Shown: in pieces, positions 25,676 to 39,449 of the stretch | How the letters are laid out: every line of letters begins with the position of its first letter | How positions within the stretch are numbered: the stretch's first letter is position 1 | DNA from: Sphaerodactylus townsendi | Taxonomy: Eukaryota | Direction: 5' to 3' | DNA: 64,000 bases | Assembly (NCBI RefSeq): GCF_021028975.2 | Contig: NC_059431.1 | Span: 92,194,001-92,258,000, forward strand | Notes under the pieces: model-generated | The model's database searches: none | Told to the model about the DNA's origin: nothing | The model's input: only the letters and a program-made list of their open reading frames with translations | Program-made: the position numbers and the translations under genes

Positions 25676-27069
25676 TAAAAATGCAGAGAATTTTTTTCTT
25701 CCATCCTTAAAGGAGTGATTTTCTGAAGCCTTTTGATTATCCATCCTTGTTTACAAACCTACTCACACCTCTCCTAGGATACTAGAGTAGGTAGCCACTG
25801 GAAGAAACGGGCAACCAACAGGAGCATACATAGGTGAGTTCCATAGGCATGACAACATGAAAACCTGGAAGTGACATCATGCCTGCCCAGAAGTGTCATC
25901 ATGCCTCCCTAAGAATTACCAGAAACAGTGTTTGTAGTGATTCCTAGTGAGCAGCAATGTCACTCTTTGTTTCTGGCAATTCTTAGAGAGGCATGATGTC
26001 AAAGCTATTGCACTGGCACAAGTTTTTAAACTTTTTTTTTCTGCCGGGTGATGGAGGGAGAGTGGGCAGAGGGGGTTGCTTATGGGAGGTCTCCCACCAT
26101 AGCAGGAGACATGGGAACTCTACAAGTTACAATTCAGGGAATCATGTAGCAGCGACTCCTTATATGCAGGTACAGCTAATCAAACTGCTCTTTCCATTGG
26201 CCTCATAGTGCTGTCTTGAGGTCACACTTTCATTCAGGTTGATTTGTTCTGAGTCTTCCAGGCCTTTCGTGCTTCCCTTATGCCCAGATGAATTTGCTGA
26301 AAACATGCTAAGTGCACTCTTGACAGCTCCTTTTATGAACTCCGATTGAGCGTTAGCACTACCGAGAGCTTCTTTTATTCCCCTTGCCTATTGTTGGTTT
26401 AATCTCTGTGCTGCCATAAAAAAAAAAAGTTGAATCATTTTCTTCTTCCAAGGAGGGAACGTTAGCTTCCTTTCTTGGACTTCCCCCAAAAGATTCTAAC
26501 TATCCTCCCAACTCCCCCTTTATCCCTATATTTCTTAAAACCTTCCTCTGCATTGAGCACTTTGCCATCTGCTGCCTTGATGACACGACAGTAGGTAGCG
26601 AGCAGTCAGGGTGATGTTTTCTGATGCATGATGAACATGGGTGCCTGCATTCTGCTTCCTTGCTGTGCCACTTTAATGCTGCATTCTTCCTGCTGAAGCA
26701 TTATGGCCTGTCTTCAATCACTAGCCCCAGTATCTTTCAGGCTAGACACTTGTATTTTAAGTGTGACTCATCTTGTAGCCCTTTACCCACTTATCCTCCA
26801 GCCATCACCGTGGCTTCCTTTCTTTTCTACAGGAAGAATCCATTTATTTCCAGCTGACATGCATACTATTTTGTTGGCTCATCATAGCATCTGCCAAACA
26901 GAATCCCATTTACATTTTTGGCACATCTATTTATTGCTAGCCTGTTCATATTTTTAATGCATTTACTTATATTTGTATTCTGCCCATTGTTTAAAGATGC
27001 TCAGAGTGGCATGAAGCCAGTAAACTGGAGATTATTGATATTTGTTAGATTTGAGTCCAGTAGCACCAG

Positions 27070-27492
27070 GCAGTCCCTCAACCTCAGGTTCCAGGGTGCG
27101 GAGCTACTGTGCCACCTTGCTGCCTCCAGAGGGCTTTAGGGCAGTGCAGGGAGGCAGGAAAAAAAAAACCTCCCTGGCTTGCTGAAAACTCTCTATGGGG
27201 CTGAATGGACTTAACACCCCCCTTTCAAAGGTGTAAGTCCAGGGCACCAGCTGTGGTGTCCATGGTGTGAAAGGTTAGGTGGGAGACCACTATAGTGGCT
27301 CCACCTCTGAGAATGCTCCACCCCCTGGCACTGGTGTTCAATTAGATGCCCACACAGCCTGGAATGACTAGCTTCTCTTCCAGGTTGGGCACCACCAAGG
27401 TCTGCAATGCCCACCTGCTTTCCAGTTTGCTTAACCCACCAGTGCATTTGTCATTGAACCATTCCCCCCACCCCCCGCTTTGGATGGGGCTG
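27070..27492. mobile_element. Harbinger-type MITE related to 4670-5060, degenerate
   Basis: Right end TTTGGATGGGGCTG followed by TTA; GC-rich interior; left end unclear. Confidence 0.45.
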
Positions 27493-29440
27493 TTAGAAAC
27501 CAAGAAGATTTTTGGAGTATAAGCTTCAAGAGTAAAAGCTCCCTGTGTCAAATATTTATATTGTTGTTTTTGAGCTTCCTTGATCAAATGAAAAGGGAGC
27601 ATATAAATTTCAATAGGAAATCAAAGATCAGAGCCCATAGGCTACCCTAGCCCAAGTCCAGCATTTGCCCATTAGGCTGGATTTTACTAGCATATTCACA
27701 GACAAATTTTAGGGCTCATTTGGTTGCTTCTCTTTCATTGAAGCACCCAAGGTTGGAAATAAACCATTGCGAATAAACATTCGTCTATCAAAAATGAGTG
27801 GCGGCAGGGGTAAGAAAGGCGATCTGGGAAGACTCATGGCTATCAGTGCATTCTGATAAGCAGTACTTTCTGAGAACTTATAAAACTGCCCTAGGGAAAG
27901 CTGCATGACTCATACAGAGTTGAGTCAGGAGTAAACCAGGATAGCCACATCAATAAACACACAAGTATAGGTAACGTTAAATGCGGTCAATATGCCAATT
28001 TCCAACCATGGTTTCAATTCATGTTTTGACATACCCTAGCTGGCCCATGTTCAGACAATCACACTAATCATAGTATAACTGAATCATGGTTTCACATACC
28101 ATGTGAACTGCACTGCAGAGTTGCCACTAGTTGTTTAATTAAAGCAAAATCTGAAGGCAATTCTAACCATTCCAGTTTCAAATAAAATCTATGAGATGTC
28201 AAAATGCAAAGAGAAGAATGCTGTCAAGGCTGCAGAAACATTTCAGCCTTGAAATGTTTACCCCTGCTGCCACTCATTTATCACCTTTCTTACCCCTGCC
28301 GCCACATCCACAATTCCTACTTGACATATGCAAAGAAGCGACAGAGAAATTCCGAGTGAAATTCCTTCTGTGTTACTTTAAGCTTCCTCCCACCATTGTA
28401 ACACAGTCTCTACACACCAAAAGCACAGACTTGTTGGCTGATTCATGAAGAAGGTTCATGCCACGGTTGTCAGAGATGATGCCACAGACAGAATTCTCCC
28501 ATAAACTCAGAGTAAAATCTACTGGGCTCCATCCACAAATTCAGTTGCTAGTCATGAAGTGTTGCATGATTCAGCAAGGAGACATATTAAGGTGAGAGGT
28601 GGAGAACAGGTAACAAAACTTCCTTTTTATGAACAATTTCAGAAAGACTGGACTTTTCACTGGTGTAATTAAATTGATTTTGATGGAATGGCACAAGAAG
28701 CTAAGTGTATGGTGTTGACTGAAGATGAACTCAGGTCTCTGGACACCCATATACAAATATATTTGACAATATTATTACTGTAAATGGGTAAGAGAGTTAA
28801 GGCTGATGACAATTTCTATTAACTAGCTGTACTACCTGCCCACTTTCTTATACAATTCATTCTAGTCTGAAGAAATTTCCTGTTTAAATTGAAGATTTGT
28901 TTCAACTATCAGAGCTGTATCTCATACCCTCATCAGTGTGGTTGCACTTTTCAGAAGTCCATCTCACCAATTCTTTCATATTCATACTTTCCAAAAGTAT
29001 GGTTTTATATATGCATTTCTGAACAGATGTTTTTGAGGAGACAGGAGGTCACTGGTCATCATTGTGATTTGCAACACTATAAGAAGGGAAGGGAAAAAAA
29101 GTTTGGAGAAAAATCTAAACCCTGCCAATGAGAATTAAATCACCATTTTTTTCCAGTTGACCCTCAGGAGCTCCTCCAGTTTCGTCCAGAACTCCATGCC
29201 TACGTTTACCTTTCTGATGCCTCACCTGATATGAATATAATGCTGGACTCCCCATTCTCTCCATGGTATAAATTATTCAAAGTGGGTAATTATAGAGCCT
29301 GCTATCTGTCCAGCATAATATTTTAAAACTTAAGAGCAGTCCTTACAGCTGTTCATTTTCCAGCCATGCAATTGGCCATGTCAACCCAAGTGTTACTCTC
29401 ATAAACAAGTCACTAAACATACATGTATCTGTGATATGTC

Positions 29441-29823
29441 CAGAGGCAGAGCTACCAGGGAGCGGGGTGTGTGCACGTTGCACCGGGTGTGCACCTGGGG
29501 GCAGAAAATCATCCCCCTGCGGGCCTCTCCCACCTTCAAGTGCGGCGCTCTACACTTACCTTTGAAGTGGAAACAGTGTAGCCGTTGGAGAAGCTGCCTG
29601 TTCCTCTGGTGGCTAAAAACGGTCTGGTGGGGAGCTACACCTCCCAGGAGACCTCATGAGTCCTGGTGGTCCCGATGGGAAGTGTTGTTCCCACCAGGCC
29701 ATTTTCAGCCTGAAGAGAACAGGCCACTTTTCCAGGCTGAACTAAGGTAAGGGGGGGCGGGGCGCTGCGGGGAGGGGGACGCAGAGTGGGCATTGGGTGC
29801 ACTGTGGTCCAGCTACGCCTCTG
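29441..29823. mobile_element. hAT non-autonomous element (383 bp)
   Basis: TIRs CAGAGGCAGAGCT / AGCTACGCCTCTG, perfect 8-bp TSD GATATGTC. Confidence 0.88.
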
Positions 29824-30094
29824 GATATGTCACATGTTGAGGATCCTCCTCATTATATGCTGCATTGTCCTTTAAATTTAAAACTGGGAAGAAAAGAAGG
29901 CTGTACCAGTAGGTAGGAGGAAAAAAAAGAACACGGTGGAAGGGAGAGCAGATCAAATAAACTGTTGTCTTGCACCTTGTTCTTTTTTTCTCCTCTGTAT
30001 TTGGAACTCAGACATAGACTTCTGGAGGCTCTTTTAGCAAATCTGATGTCATATACAGTTGCGGAAAAATAATATTCCTTCTTGTGGATGTAGT

Positions 30095-30392
30095 GAGCCA
30101 GCATGGGGTAGTGGTCAAGAGCAGTGGACTCTAATCTGGACAACCAGGCTTGATTTCCCACTCCTCATCAGACTCTTATCTTATGAACTGGATTGGTTTC
30201 CCTGTTCTTGCTCATGAAGCCTTCTGGGTGACATTGGGCTAGTCACAGTTCTCTTGGAACTATCTCAGCCTCACCCACCTTACAAGGTTCCTGTTGTGGG
30301 GAGAAGGGAAGGAGTTTGTAAGACACTTTTGAGTCTCCTTACGTGAGAAAAAATCAGGGTATAATAAATCCAAATTCTTCCTCATCTTCTTC
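30095..30392 (+). mobile_element. tRNA-derived SINE (Squam3-like), near full length
   Basis: GAGCCAGCATGGGGTAGTGGTCAAGAGCAGTGGACTCTAATCTGG head, box B GGCTTGATTTCCC, body TGTTGTGGGGAGAAGGGAAGGAGTTTGTAAG, (TTC)n tail. Confidence 0.85.
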
Positions 30393-32050
30393 ATTCAGAC
30401 CCCCATGCTACCCACAAGGTAGCTTTGGCTGCTATGAAAATTTGGCTGCTATGAAAATTTGTGCATATGTACTATCTGAAAACCATACTTTAGCAAAATA
30501 ATTTCTTTAGAGTGTGAAAAATATTTTTTAAATTATATTTGTTCAGACCAGATGAAGCTTGTTCAATGGCTGGCAACCTATCTTGCTGATTTTTAATTTT
30601 TTTCCCCATCCTCTGTAATTTAGGTTTCACTTAAAAGATGTTTTTCTTAGATTACTTTTGAAATTTTGTAAAATCTGCCAACCTGCCTGCCTTACCAGCC
30701 TACAGGAAGGCATGTAAGCTGGTGATATTTTGAGAAACTTTCCGTAAAAATGTTGGCAGCATTTGTTTTTTGTATAATGATAATACCCATCTGTGATGGA
30801 CTTTTAAAAAGTTCCTATAACTGGTGGCACAATATCCCATAAGCCTGGGTCCCCTTTCAAGAAGAAAGCAGGAATAAAAATATTTGAAATCAATCAAACA
30901 GAATCCTCATTCTAATCTGTAAAATAAACAGCACTTGCCAGAATCAAAACTAAATGTTATTACTCAGTATCATACTCCTCTTCCCCACAGACATCTGGAT
31001 AAGGCCAGAAGGCCTCTTCCTAAGCTCACTACTTAAAAATACTGATATATCATACACAGCTTGTCATCTGTAGGCTCCAGCTGCTTGGCAAACTGGCTTT
31101 ACAATGCCATTCTATTTATTTATTGTGGTATGATGTGGTCAAAGCCTACTGCCAGCTTTTTACATGATCCAAGTAGTGTGACAATTTTTTAATTATCCAT
31201 ATACGTTGTGTGACCATAGACATAGTGTGACCATTTTTAATTATCAGTGATACAACAAGCAACATTTTTTTGCGACCACCTCAAAGAACTGAACTGCATA
31301 CTATTAATAGCTTGGGACCAAATCCTCTCTTGTATGGGCACAAAGGAGCAGAGGTTTCTACCCACCTCGTTGCTTCTACAATGCTACATCTTTCCCCGTT
31401 CCTGAGAGATCCATGACTCTGAAGAGCATGAGTTGGGGGAGAGGGGGAAGAGTACCAAGAATTCCTCTTGATTGTGCTTTTCTTTCAATATAATGTTTTT
31501 ACAGGAACAGGTGCTGGAATTTCAGCAAGTAAGAGATTCTGGTTTCTTGGTAAGACCAGGTAACAGATATAGCTTATATTCCTCACTTTGTGTAACTGCT
31601 ACATTTCCTGGTGAGGCTTTAATGAAACATGTCACTTGGCTAAAAAGCATATGTCTTTTAGTACCTCTGAGTTAACTACATTAGGAACAGTATTTTTGAA
31701 AACCCAAAACTTTCTCCAGTTATAAAGAACAATTTCCTTAAATAAGGGGCTCCTTACCTGCCTTGAGCACCATGCCATATTCACAATCCTAGCAGCAAAT
31801 GGGATGTTTTTGTTTTCAAGATAAACTAAGCATGACATGTGTGAATGTGCCAGGGGGGCAAAGCTAGATCAGAGTACATGTGTAGGTCCAATGCATTTGT
31901 TTGGAATGTGAAGCTTCTTCCCTACTTTTTAAACCTTGGCCGATCACACATGGCAAGGTTCCTGTGGCTCCAAAGAGAATTGGCCAGGGAGTCTCTGTTT
32001 CAGGGCAAGTTTGGCATTATTATCCAACACTCTGTTTGCAGCAGGGCAGG

Positions 32051-33420
32051 TGTAACCCCTATGTTCAGAATGGGATGATCCAGAAAGGGGTGGAGTCTGA
32101 AGGGAGCAGAAGACTGCTGTACTCACGAGGTTGGAGGAAGCAAGGCTAGCGGGCTGGGACCTGAATATATTATTATAAGCTCTTAACACCTTGTTTAAGG
32201 TAACTGCAATGTTGTTGGGAACTAGTGGGGAGGGAGTTGTTTATTTTTGCTATATTGTAAATGTTAGAATTTATTGTTTCAGGGTTTTTGTGTATGTAAT
32301 GGGTGAGAGTTCCTTTGGAAATCTTCATGATCTTGAATCCAGTTCACCAGGCCTCTGAAGTCTTCAAAACCTGTAGGTGAAATTCGCCTAGTTCTCTCTC
32401 TAAAGGGCACATCACTTTTTAAATAAATTTTGTGGATGTCACCTGAAACTCTCCCAAGGTCTAAATCATGCACTGCAAAAACTCTTGGGCTCATTCCGCA
32501 CATGCAGAATAATGCACTTTCAAACTGCTTTCAGTGCTCTTTGAAGCAGTGCGGAATGTCAAAATTCACTTGCAAACAGTTGTGAAAGTGGTTTGAAAAC
32601 GCATTATTTTGCATGTGCAGAAGGGGCCCTGGTGTTTCTGTTGCTATTCGTTGTGAAATCCTTTCCTGCTCTGACTTATTTAATGCTGAAGCTTCAAAAT
32701 TTAAAACTGGAAAATCATTTTTCATTTACATTGGTGAGGTCCAAGCCTAGCAAGGCTAGAGCTGTTGTCCATTCTACTTCATAAACGTTAGCAACTACTG
32801 TATGAGGTTTCCTTTTGTGTCAAATTCTTGACACAGACTCCTATTCTCATATTTGATACCATAGGTTTTATAACCCTCCTTGTTCAGCTGCCACTTCTGG
32901 GTCTTCTAAAAGGACTGTTGTTCCTATTTTCTGTGGTGAAGTTTGTAACACACCTGTCACTGTGCATGCTCTTCCTGCTGGGACATGTACAGGCCTTCCA
33001 TCCTGCAGCCACACTTCACTTCCCTCTTCCACTTCAGCCTTCTTCCTTTGACTCTCTAAATAATAGCTGCAAGCCTTCGACAATACAATAGCTGCAAGCT
33101 TCTTTCCAATGATATGGCAAGTCTTTGCTAGTTTCAAAACTGATCCCATCTGAATTAATATTGGCATAAGTCACACATCTTAACACATTAGTACCAATAA
33201 TGGCTGAAACTTGTTGATTCATGCATTGGTCTGGGCACACTAGAGCTAAAATTTCATATTTCTCTTCTATACCATCAGTATTAATTGGAATGTGCAATTC
33301 TAGAAATGTAAATCCCAAATAGGGTACTGTCTGACCTCCTGCTCCTTCTATTTCCAGTAAATCCCTAATAGGCTGCAGTTCATGATGAGATAAATAGCCT
33401 TTATAAAAGGTCTCACGCAG
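32051..33420 (-). mobile_element. Ty3/Gypsy LTR retrotransposon remnant (protease-linker-RT start fused to 3' LTR end)
   Basis: Minus-strand ETFYKGYLSHHELQPIRDLLEIEGAGGQTVPYLGF...LALVCPD...AIIGTNVLR (retropepsin C-terminal part) and VFAVHDLDLG...IHKIYLKSDVPFRERTRRISP (RT N-terminus); then AATAAA signals and terminal GGGGTTACA. Confidence 0.88.
32488..32628. mobile_element. PIF/Harbinger-type MITE (141 bp) nested in Gypsy pol
   Basis: Near-identical to 18187-18327; flanks TTG/CTG; removing it plus one TSD restores the frame ...QRIATETPRVFAVHDLDLG... Confidence 0.88.
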
Positions 33421-36400
33421 GCACTACCCATCAGCTGGCTTTTTGGTTACGACTGGGGGGCGGTATTTTGAGGGTTCTCATATCACACATGCATGCTTTA
33501 ATTTTTAATATAACCTTTAATTTTTATCTTTAATATTATCAATACATTGATATATTGGTCTATCAGTAGATCGGTATATCAGTAGATCAGCATCAATAGA
33601 TTGATATTTCAATCTATTAATAGATCAATATATCAACATAAAAAGGTGAATTGTTAAAGAAAATCTTGAATACAGCACATATACACTTTGCCCAAACACT
33701 TATTATCTTTTATGGTGGGAAGTGGGGGGCGGGGGGGGGGAGTAATGGTGGTGTGCAAACTGCAAAACTGCAAAAGAACAACTTGCACTGCTGCTAAACT
33801 CCCAAGGTTCACAATTGTCTATTTCCTGATGTGCTGTAAACCCAAGCATCAAGACTGACAAGCTTTCCTTAGTGTCGTCTGGAAGCACTGCTTGCTTTTG
33901 TATAAAACTATGAGGCTGGAGACATCCCAGTTTGTTGATCAAATGCAGGGGCAAATTGGGTGTTTGGACTGATTGACTGGTCTTATTATTTTTACATTTT
34001 TTAGTATTAGTATTGATGTATTGCTCTATTGATATGGTTATTTAATTTAAAAAAAATCTAAAGATATGTAGGAGAGGGGAGGCCACAGGCAATAGAAATG
34101 ATAAGGAAGCACAAGATGCAAGAAGTAGTTGGCAACAGGGAGAAGGGTGAGGGAGCAGTGTGCAAAGCAGCATGAGGGAGTAGGGGGTAAGACTAGGTGG
34201 GCTGACTGTGGGTGGAAGGAGGAGATCTGGAGCAAAGCTGTGCCCACTGGCAGATCTGTCCCCCTCTGGCAGCAAAGCAAATTTAAAATTAAGTGGACTT
34301 GCTTGCCATGGACAGAGTGGAAAGTGAAAGCAGGGCTAAAAGAAATACGTCCGTGCAAAAAATCTTGCCATGGCAGACATTTGTCCCCACCATATAGCAC
34401 ACACCTTGTGTGTAACTGACCCTTGAAATATTTCCATTCTGTAAACAGAATAGGATTCTTTAAAAGCAAATTGCCATGTCATGAATTAAAAATCCTTTTT
34501 TTAAAGTCATACCTGAGCCAAATCAGTGCTCCACTACCAGATCTGCTTCCAGTGTTGATTGGCCTGGTCATGCCAATCACGGGGACTAATATATCACATT
34601 TCTGTTCCTTTCTGTGCCCACAGAAGGACTGGCAGCTTCATTACTCAGCATCCTTAGGAGTTAGATCAGATAGGTCACTGTCCCGAGGAGCTTGCAATCT
34701 AAATATCAACCATGGAAACAGAAAGTCAAGAATGATGATTCTGAGAGAATGTGGCACTCATAGTTAGGCTTAGTTCCACTGAGAATGAACTAGTCATAAC
34801 AGACATAATGAAGATCAAGGATCTCTGTTCCTCTTTAAAAGGTAAATAACAGGCTTGCTTGGCCTCAGTTTGGTTCAGAACCATACGGAGATGGGAAAAG
34901 TGGATTTCAACTTTCAACCTCTCACAGTTTTGTAGGGCAGTAGGAAAACAATCGGGGGACTAAAATGGTGTCATTGATTTAGCATAAGCAATAGTGACAG
35001 CTCAGAATGCAGGATGCTGTAGTATTACAATCAGTGAAAAGAGGTGTTTATGGACATTTATGGACACAATTTGAATAAGCCTGCTTTCCACAGTCTTTAG
35101 TAGGCAACCCTAACTTTAAAAGAAAAAAGATTGTCTTTAAAGGTCATTTCTCTTTCAAGTGAAAGCAGCTTGAAATAGTGAAGGGTAGTTTTAGTTAGAG
35201 AAACAGTACAGGAGTTGAAGGGTTAAACCTTCTCTTCTCAATCCAAATCAGGTCAAAAATAGCTTTATGTCCTCTTTCCAATAACAAATTTTCATATGCT
35301 ATTGCCACATGTGGTGTTAAAGTGTCTCTTTCCTTTCCTGTAACCCTGAACTCTCTTTGTCAACAAAAGTAAGTAGGGGTGGGGGTGGGGGGCGTTCTTC
35401 AGGGACTGGAATTCAGTAAGTTAAAAAGTCTGCCCTTAACTACAGTTTCCTTGAGTTTTTTTTCCCAATATCCAAAAGTGAACTACTGTTATAACAACCA
35501 AGCAGATATTTGATTACAGTACCTAACAGTATGTTTGACACCTAAGCACAATAAGACCTCACATTAAATTAAAGAACGCATGATAATCACAATATAATCC
35601 ATGGCAACCTCACTGCAACTAGGGATTTGCATGTTGGAAGTATCCCCATGACAGCCAGAGGGGGAAAAGAACAGTTGATTAATTCCCACCACAGTAGCTA
35701 CTCCCTCCTGATAGCAACCTGCTGTCACCCACACACAAAACACAAGGGCACACAATCCCCTCCACCATGAGGAAGACAACAGTATGGCCAGGAGGAGATC
35801 TAGAATGAATACATGCCAGGCAACCCAACACTTGTGGGGTCAATTTCCATCCTGTAATCATGCTTGCACATTGGGAAGAAAATGGAGTCCTTCCAGCCAC
35901 ATGATTCTTACTTGGCAGAAGCATCTCTGATAGAGTGCCCACAACTTCTTATACACATGGGTTCAGATCCTGAAAAGCATCAGCCTTTTGCTAGACAATA
36001 GGGGTGTGAACCAGGGGAAATACGAGGAAACCTTAAACAGCATGTTCCCACAGGCATTCCAGTAGCTTATTAGGGAAACGCACCATGTGGTGGGCCCCTG
36101 TGCCAACTTTGGGTTGGGTCCTTCTGTCATCCCTCCTTCCCTTCACAGGTGGCCTTGATCTGTCCTACGGCGAGGTCTCACATGGCAGCACAGGCAACTG
36201 GGGCTTTGCATTCTTAGTGACCTAGGGCTGCCCCCGCTGACTGCTGTTAAAATGGGGCCAGGCCTGGCTCTTGCTCTTCTCCATCTCTCTTTCCCCCCTC
36301 TGCACACACTGTTCCTTGGTTGTCTCCACCTCTCTCTCTCTCCCTTCCACTTCCTGTCTGTCTTTCTTTTCCTTCCCCCTTTTATCCCTCCTTTTATCCC

Positions 36401-36751
36401 CCATACTTTCCCCCTCTATCTGAGCAGAGTCTGATGCCAGGCTCCCCTTGGTTCCTGGGCTGCCCATCAGTCTTTCCTGACCCATGGATTGGCTCATGGG
36501 CCTGAGAAGCCACCTGCTCCTTTAAAGGTCATTGATTGGGGCACTGCCTCACTCTGCAGCAGTGTTGGACACACTAGCTGGGGCATCTGCCATGGCTGTC
36601 TGGGCCCTCCCCTCCCACCACCCCAATGAGCATTTCCCTGTCACCCTCTACTCTGCTGCTAGGGCAGCCAGAAGCATCTTCAGAGCTGTGGGTGGTGGCC
36701 TTAATCCACACCTTTTTCTCATCTCATTTTCCACTGCCATAGCCCCCAAAC

Positions 36752-36887
36752 CAGTGATAGGATTCAAATAATTTAACAACCAGTTCCGATGGTGAGATTT
36801 AAATAATTTAACAACTAGTTGTTTACATGTATTATTTTAACAACCGGTTCTGTCAAAGTGGTGCGAACCTGCTGAATCCCACCACTG
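36752..36887 (+). mobile_element. hAT MITE, long form (136 bp)
   Basis: Same family as 14274-14374 with the ~35-bp terminal module doubled; TSD CCCCAAAC/TCCCAAAC. Confidence 0.85.
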
Positions 36888-38215
36888 TCCCAAACTGTCA
36901 CGGATGAGCTCTTTGGTGGTGAGGTTGGGGGGGGGGGGGAGTCCAGACTGCACTGACTCTGGATACACCAAGATGGGAAAGAGGATCTATGGGTTTAGAT
37001 CCTGCTAAGGGCGGATACTTCTGTACCTTTCATTTGGCAACGAGTCAATCTGAAACAAAACAGAAGAAAGAAGCAGAGACCTTCGGGGGTAGGGCGGTAT
37101 ACAAATCCCAGTAATAAATAAATAAAATAAAAATAAAACCCACACTTGGTAGCAGCCCTCTAACCCCACATCTAGTTAGGCATACAGTTAGGCATATGAA
37201 ACGTACAGCTTCATGAATTCTGCAGATGCCCCATTACCTGTACACCATGAAGAGGAGAATATCACAAAAAAGCACAGTGCAGTGGAAATGCACAGGTAGA
37301 CATTATCTGACTCCCCACACGGGGCAAGTTACAAGACAGTCCTGGAAGGAGTGGAAGATATAGATGGGGGTTTGGGAAGCACAGTCATTTGTGATGGGCC
37401 ACTGAAGCCAATTTGCTGCCCTGTTCACTTTCCCCTAAACATTGCAGTTTTCGTAGTGTATTTTATTTTCTCATGTTTCTTCAGTCACTGTTGCTTTTAG
37501 GGGCAGAAATTATATATTAAAAATAAAACAAGTTCACAATTACGTGGGGTGTAGGGAGAAACGCATTCATTCATATATGAATTTCTGAATTGCTGACTTA
37601 CTGTTCCAAAAAGATAATTATTCTGTCTTTCTACCACTGGCTCATACAATGAAAGAAATGTTTTGGCTGAACATGCTCATCAATATTTCAGATATTTTAA
37701 AAGTTTCTTAATGGGTTGTCCCCTGCAGTGTTAGGATGAAGTTAGGCACTGTAATTTATCATGATAAATTAATTATTAAAACTTCTTGGCATCCTCACTA
37801 ATGTTATGAATTCTTATGAGGAATGGGTGATGATCTTTCTAAATGTCCCTGGAACATTCTTGGTATTTGTAAGCAATGACAGACATAATCTTCAGGCCCC
37901 CAGTGAACAGTATAAATGTCAATGGCAGTGTGTCTAGGTTTAGTTTCCATAGAAATAAACATTCCCCATAGGTCTATCAGTGATATTTTAAACCTTGTTA
38001 TGCCCATTCATCTTAGAGAAGACTCTTTATGAAAACAGGGCTGGTTCACACACAGCCTCCTCATGTAGGGTGCATATGGAGGGTCATGGGACCTTCAGGT
38101 TTGGGTAGCCAACTTTTAGGAGTATTGTACTTGGATAAGATCTGTGAGCAGACCTCCTTGCAACCACAATTTCTTTTCTTCATGACTGACAATGGAAGAT
38201 GTCCTGTAAACCTAA

Positions 38216-38510
38216 CAGCCCAATCCAGATTGGGAAGGTTGGAGCCGAACATTCACAGCGAGTGGCAGAGAGTTGTGTTGATATATTTGCCTCCTCAACC
38301 AGTGCAAGGGGTACCTTCCTGGTGAATGGGGCAGAGGCGCTGGTGTCCGGCTGCCCTCAACTCCAGGATGTGAAAGCCAGAAGTCTGGGCACTGGAGCAC
38401 TGCTGGTGTTCTCTGGGAGGTGCAGCGAGGGGCATTACCAGGGATGGTCTCACCAAGTGTTCCACCACTTGGTCAAAAATGCCCTGGCCCTAGTTGAGTC
38501 CAGCTGGATT
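38216..38510. mobile_element. Harbinger-type MITE related to 4670-5060, degenerate
   Basis: TAA followed by CAGCCCAATCC left end; right end degenerate. Confidence 0.45.
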
Positions 38511-39449
38511 TTTTGAGGGGCAGTGAGGAATTACTAGCTAGTTGTCACTTGCTAATGGCAGTGCCCTTTAGGAGACATCATGGGTTATCTTGAATGTCAG
38601 TGATTCTCTTGGGTCCTTTTAACTCACAGGGCCAAAATCATGGCAGCCAATCATGTTTGTCTTACAGAAAAAAACACAGGCACAGACATTTATGCTTGTA
38701 GGTGATATGAGAATTAGCATTTTTCCTAACCTGAACTTCTGCTGGCCGAGCAATCCTTTATTATACTGATGATTCAGCTGATGTTTTCTCCATGGCTGTA
38801 ATTTGTACTTGAAGCTGGAATAAAACAAGGAGTTCAATAGTTTGAAAAAGTTGTTTATAAGAAAGTACTGTACAGACATGGCCCTGACTTACCCAGGCCG
38901 CTGGTTGACATTTGGGAGTTGGAGGAAGGCAAGAGCATGGTCATCTCAGGAAAAATGAGGAAGGCTGGGCCAGGTGTGAAGCATAGTCCTAGGCAGTCAT
39001 GAAGGATAGCCCCACATTGACTTTGGCCTCCTCCTCCTTTGGACTACTGGCTTGCCTACCCCCCCTTTTCATGCAGCTGTTGTTATTGTATCTCCCTAGT
39101 TTGTGTGTTGTGTTTTGTTTACTTTTGTCACACCTGGATGGAGTGGGCATTGGGACAGATCTTTTTGGGGGGGAGACTGTACCTGCAAATCTGCCTTCCC
39201 ATTGTTGGGCGGGCATAAGGGGTCTTGGAGATGTGGCAAGCCACTAAGCCACATGCCCAGATGAGGGCAGGTGCCTGGCCTATACCCACAAGTGGAAAGA
39301 GGGACCATTTAGAAGTCAGCACCCACTTGACTCCCAGTTACTTGTCATTCCTTAGTTTTGGTTTTCCTCAGCAGGGAAGCTGGGGAAAGTGTTTAATCAG
39401 GCAACAGTCAGATCGCCTGATGCCAGGATCCATCAGAAGGGTTGTTTTT

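Noticed and set aside
30095-30170. tRNA gene (also 30-100 and 14949-15015)
   Set aside because: A/B boxes are present but continue into a multi-copy SINE body; no convincing cloverleaf
33034-33420. Domesticated Gypsy protease gene (ASPRV1/PEG10-like)
   Set aside because: Catalytic D-[ST]-G region is missing, downstream frames are disrupted, and a MITE interrupts pol
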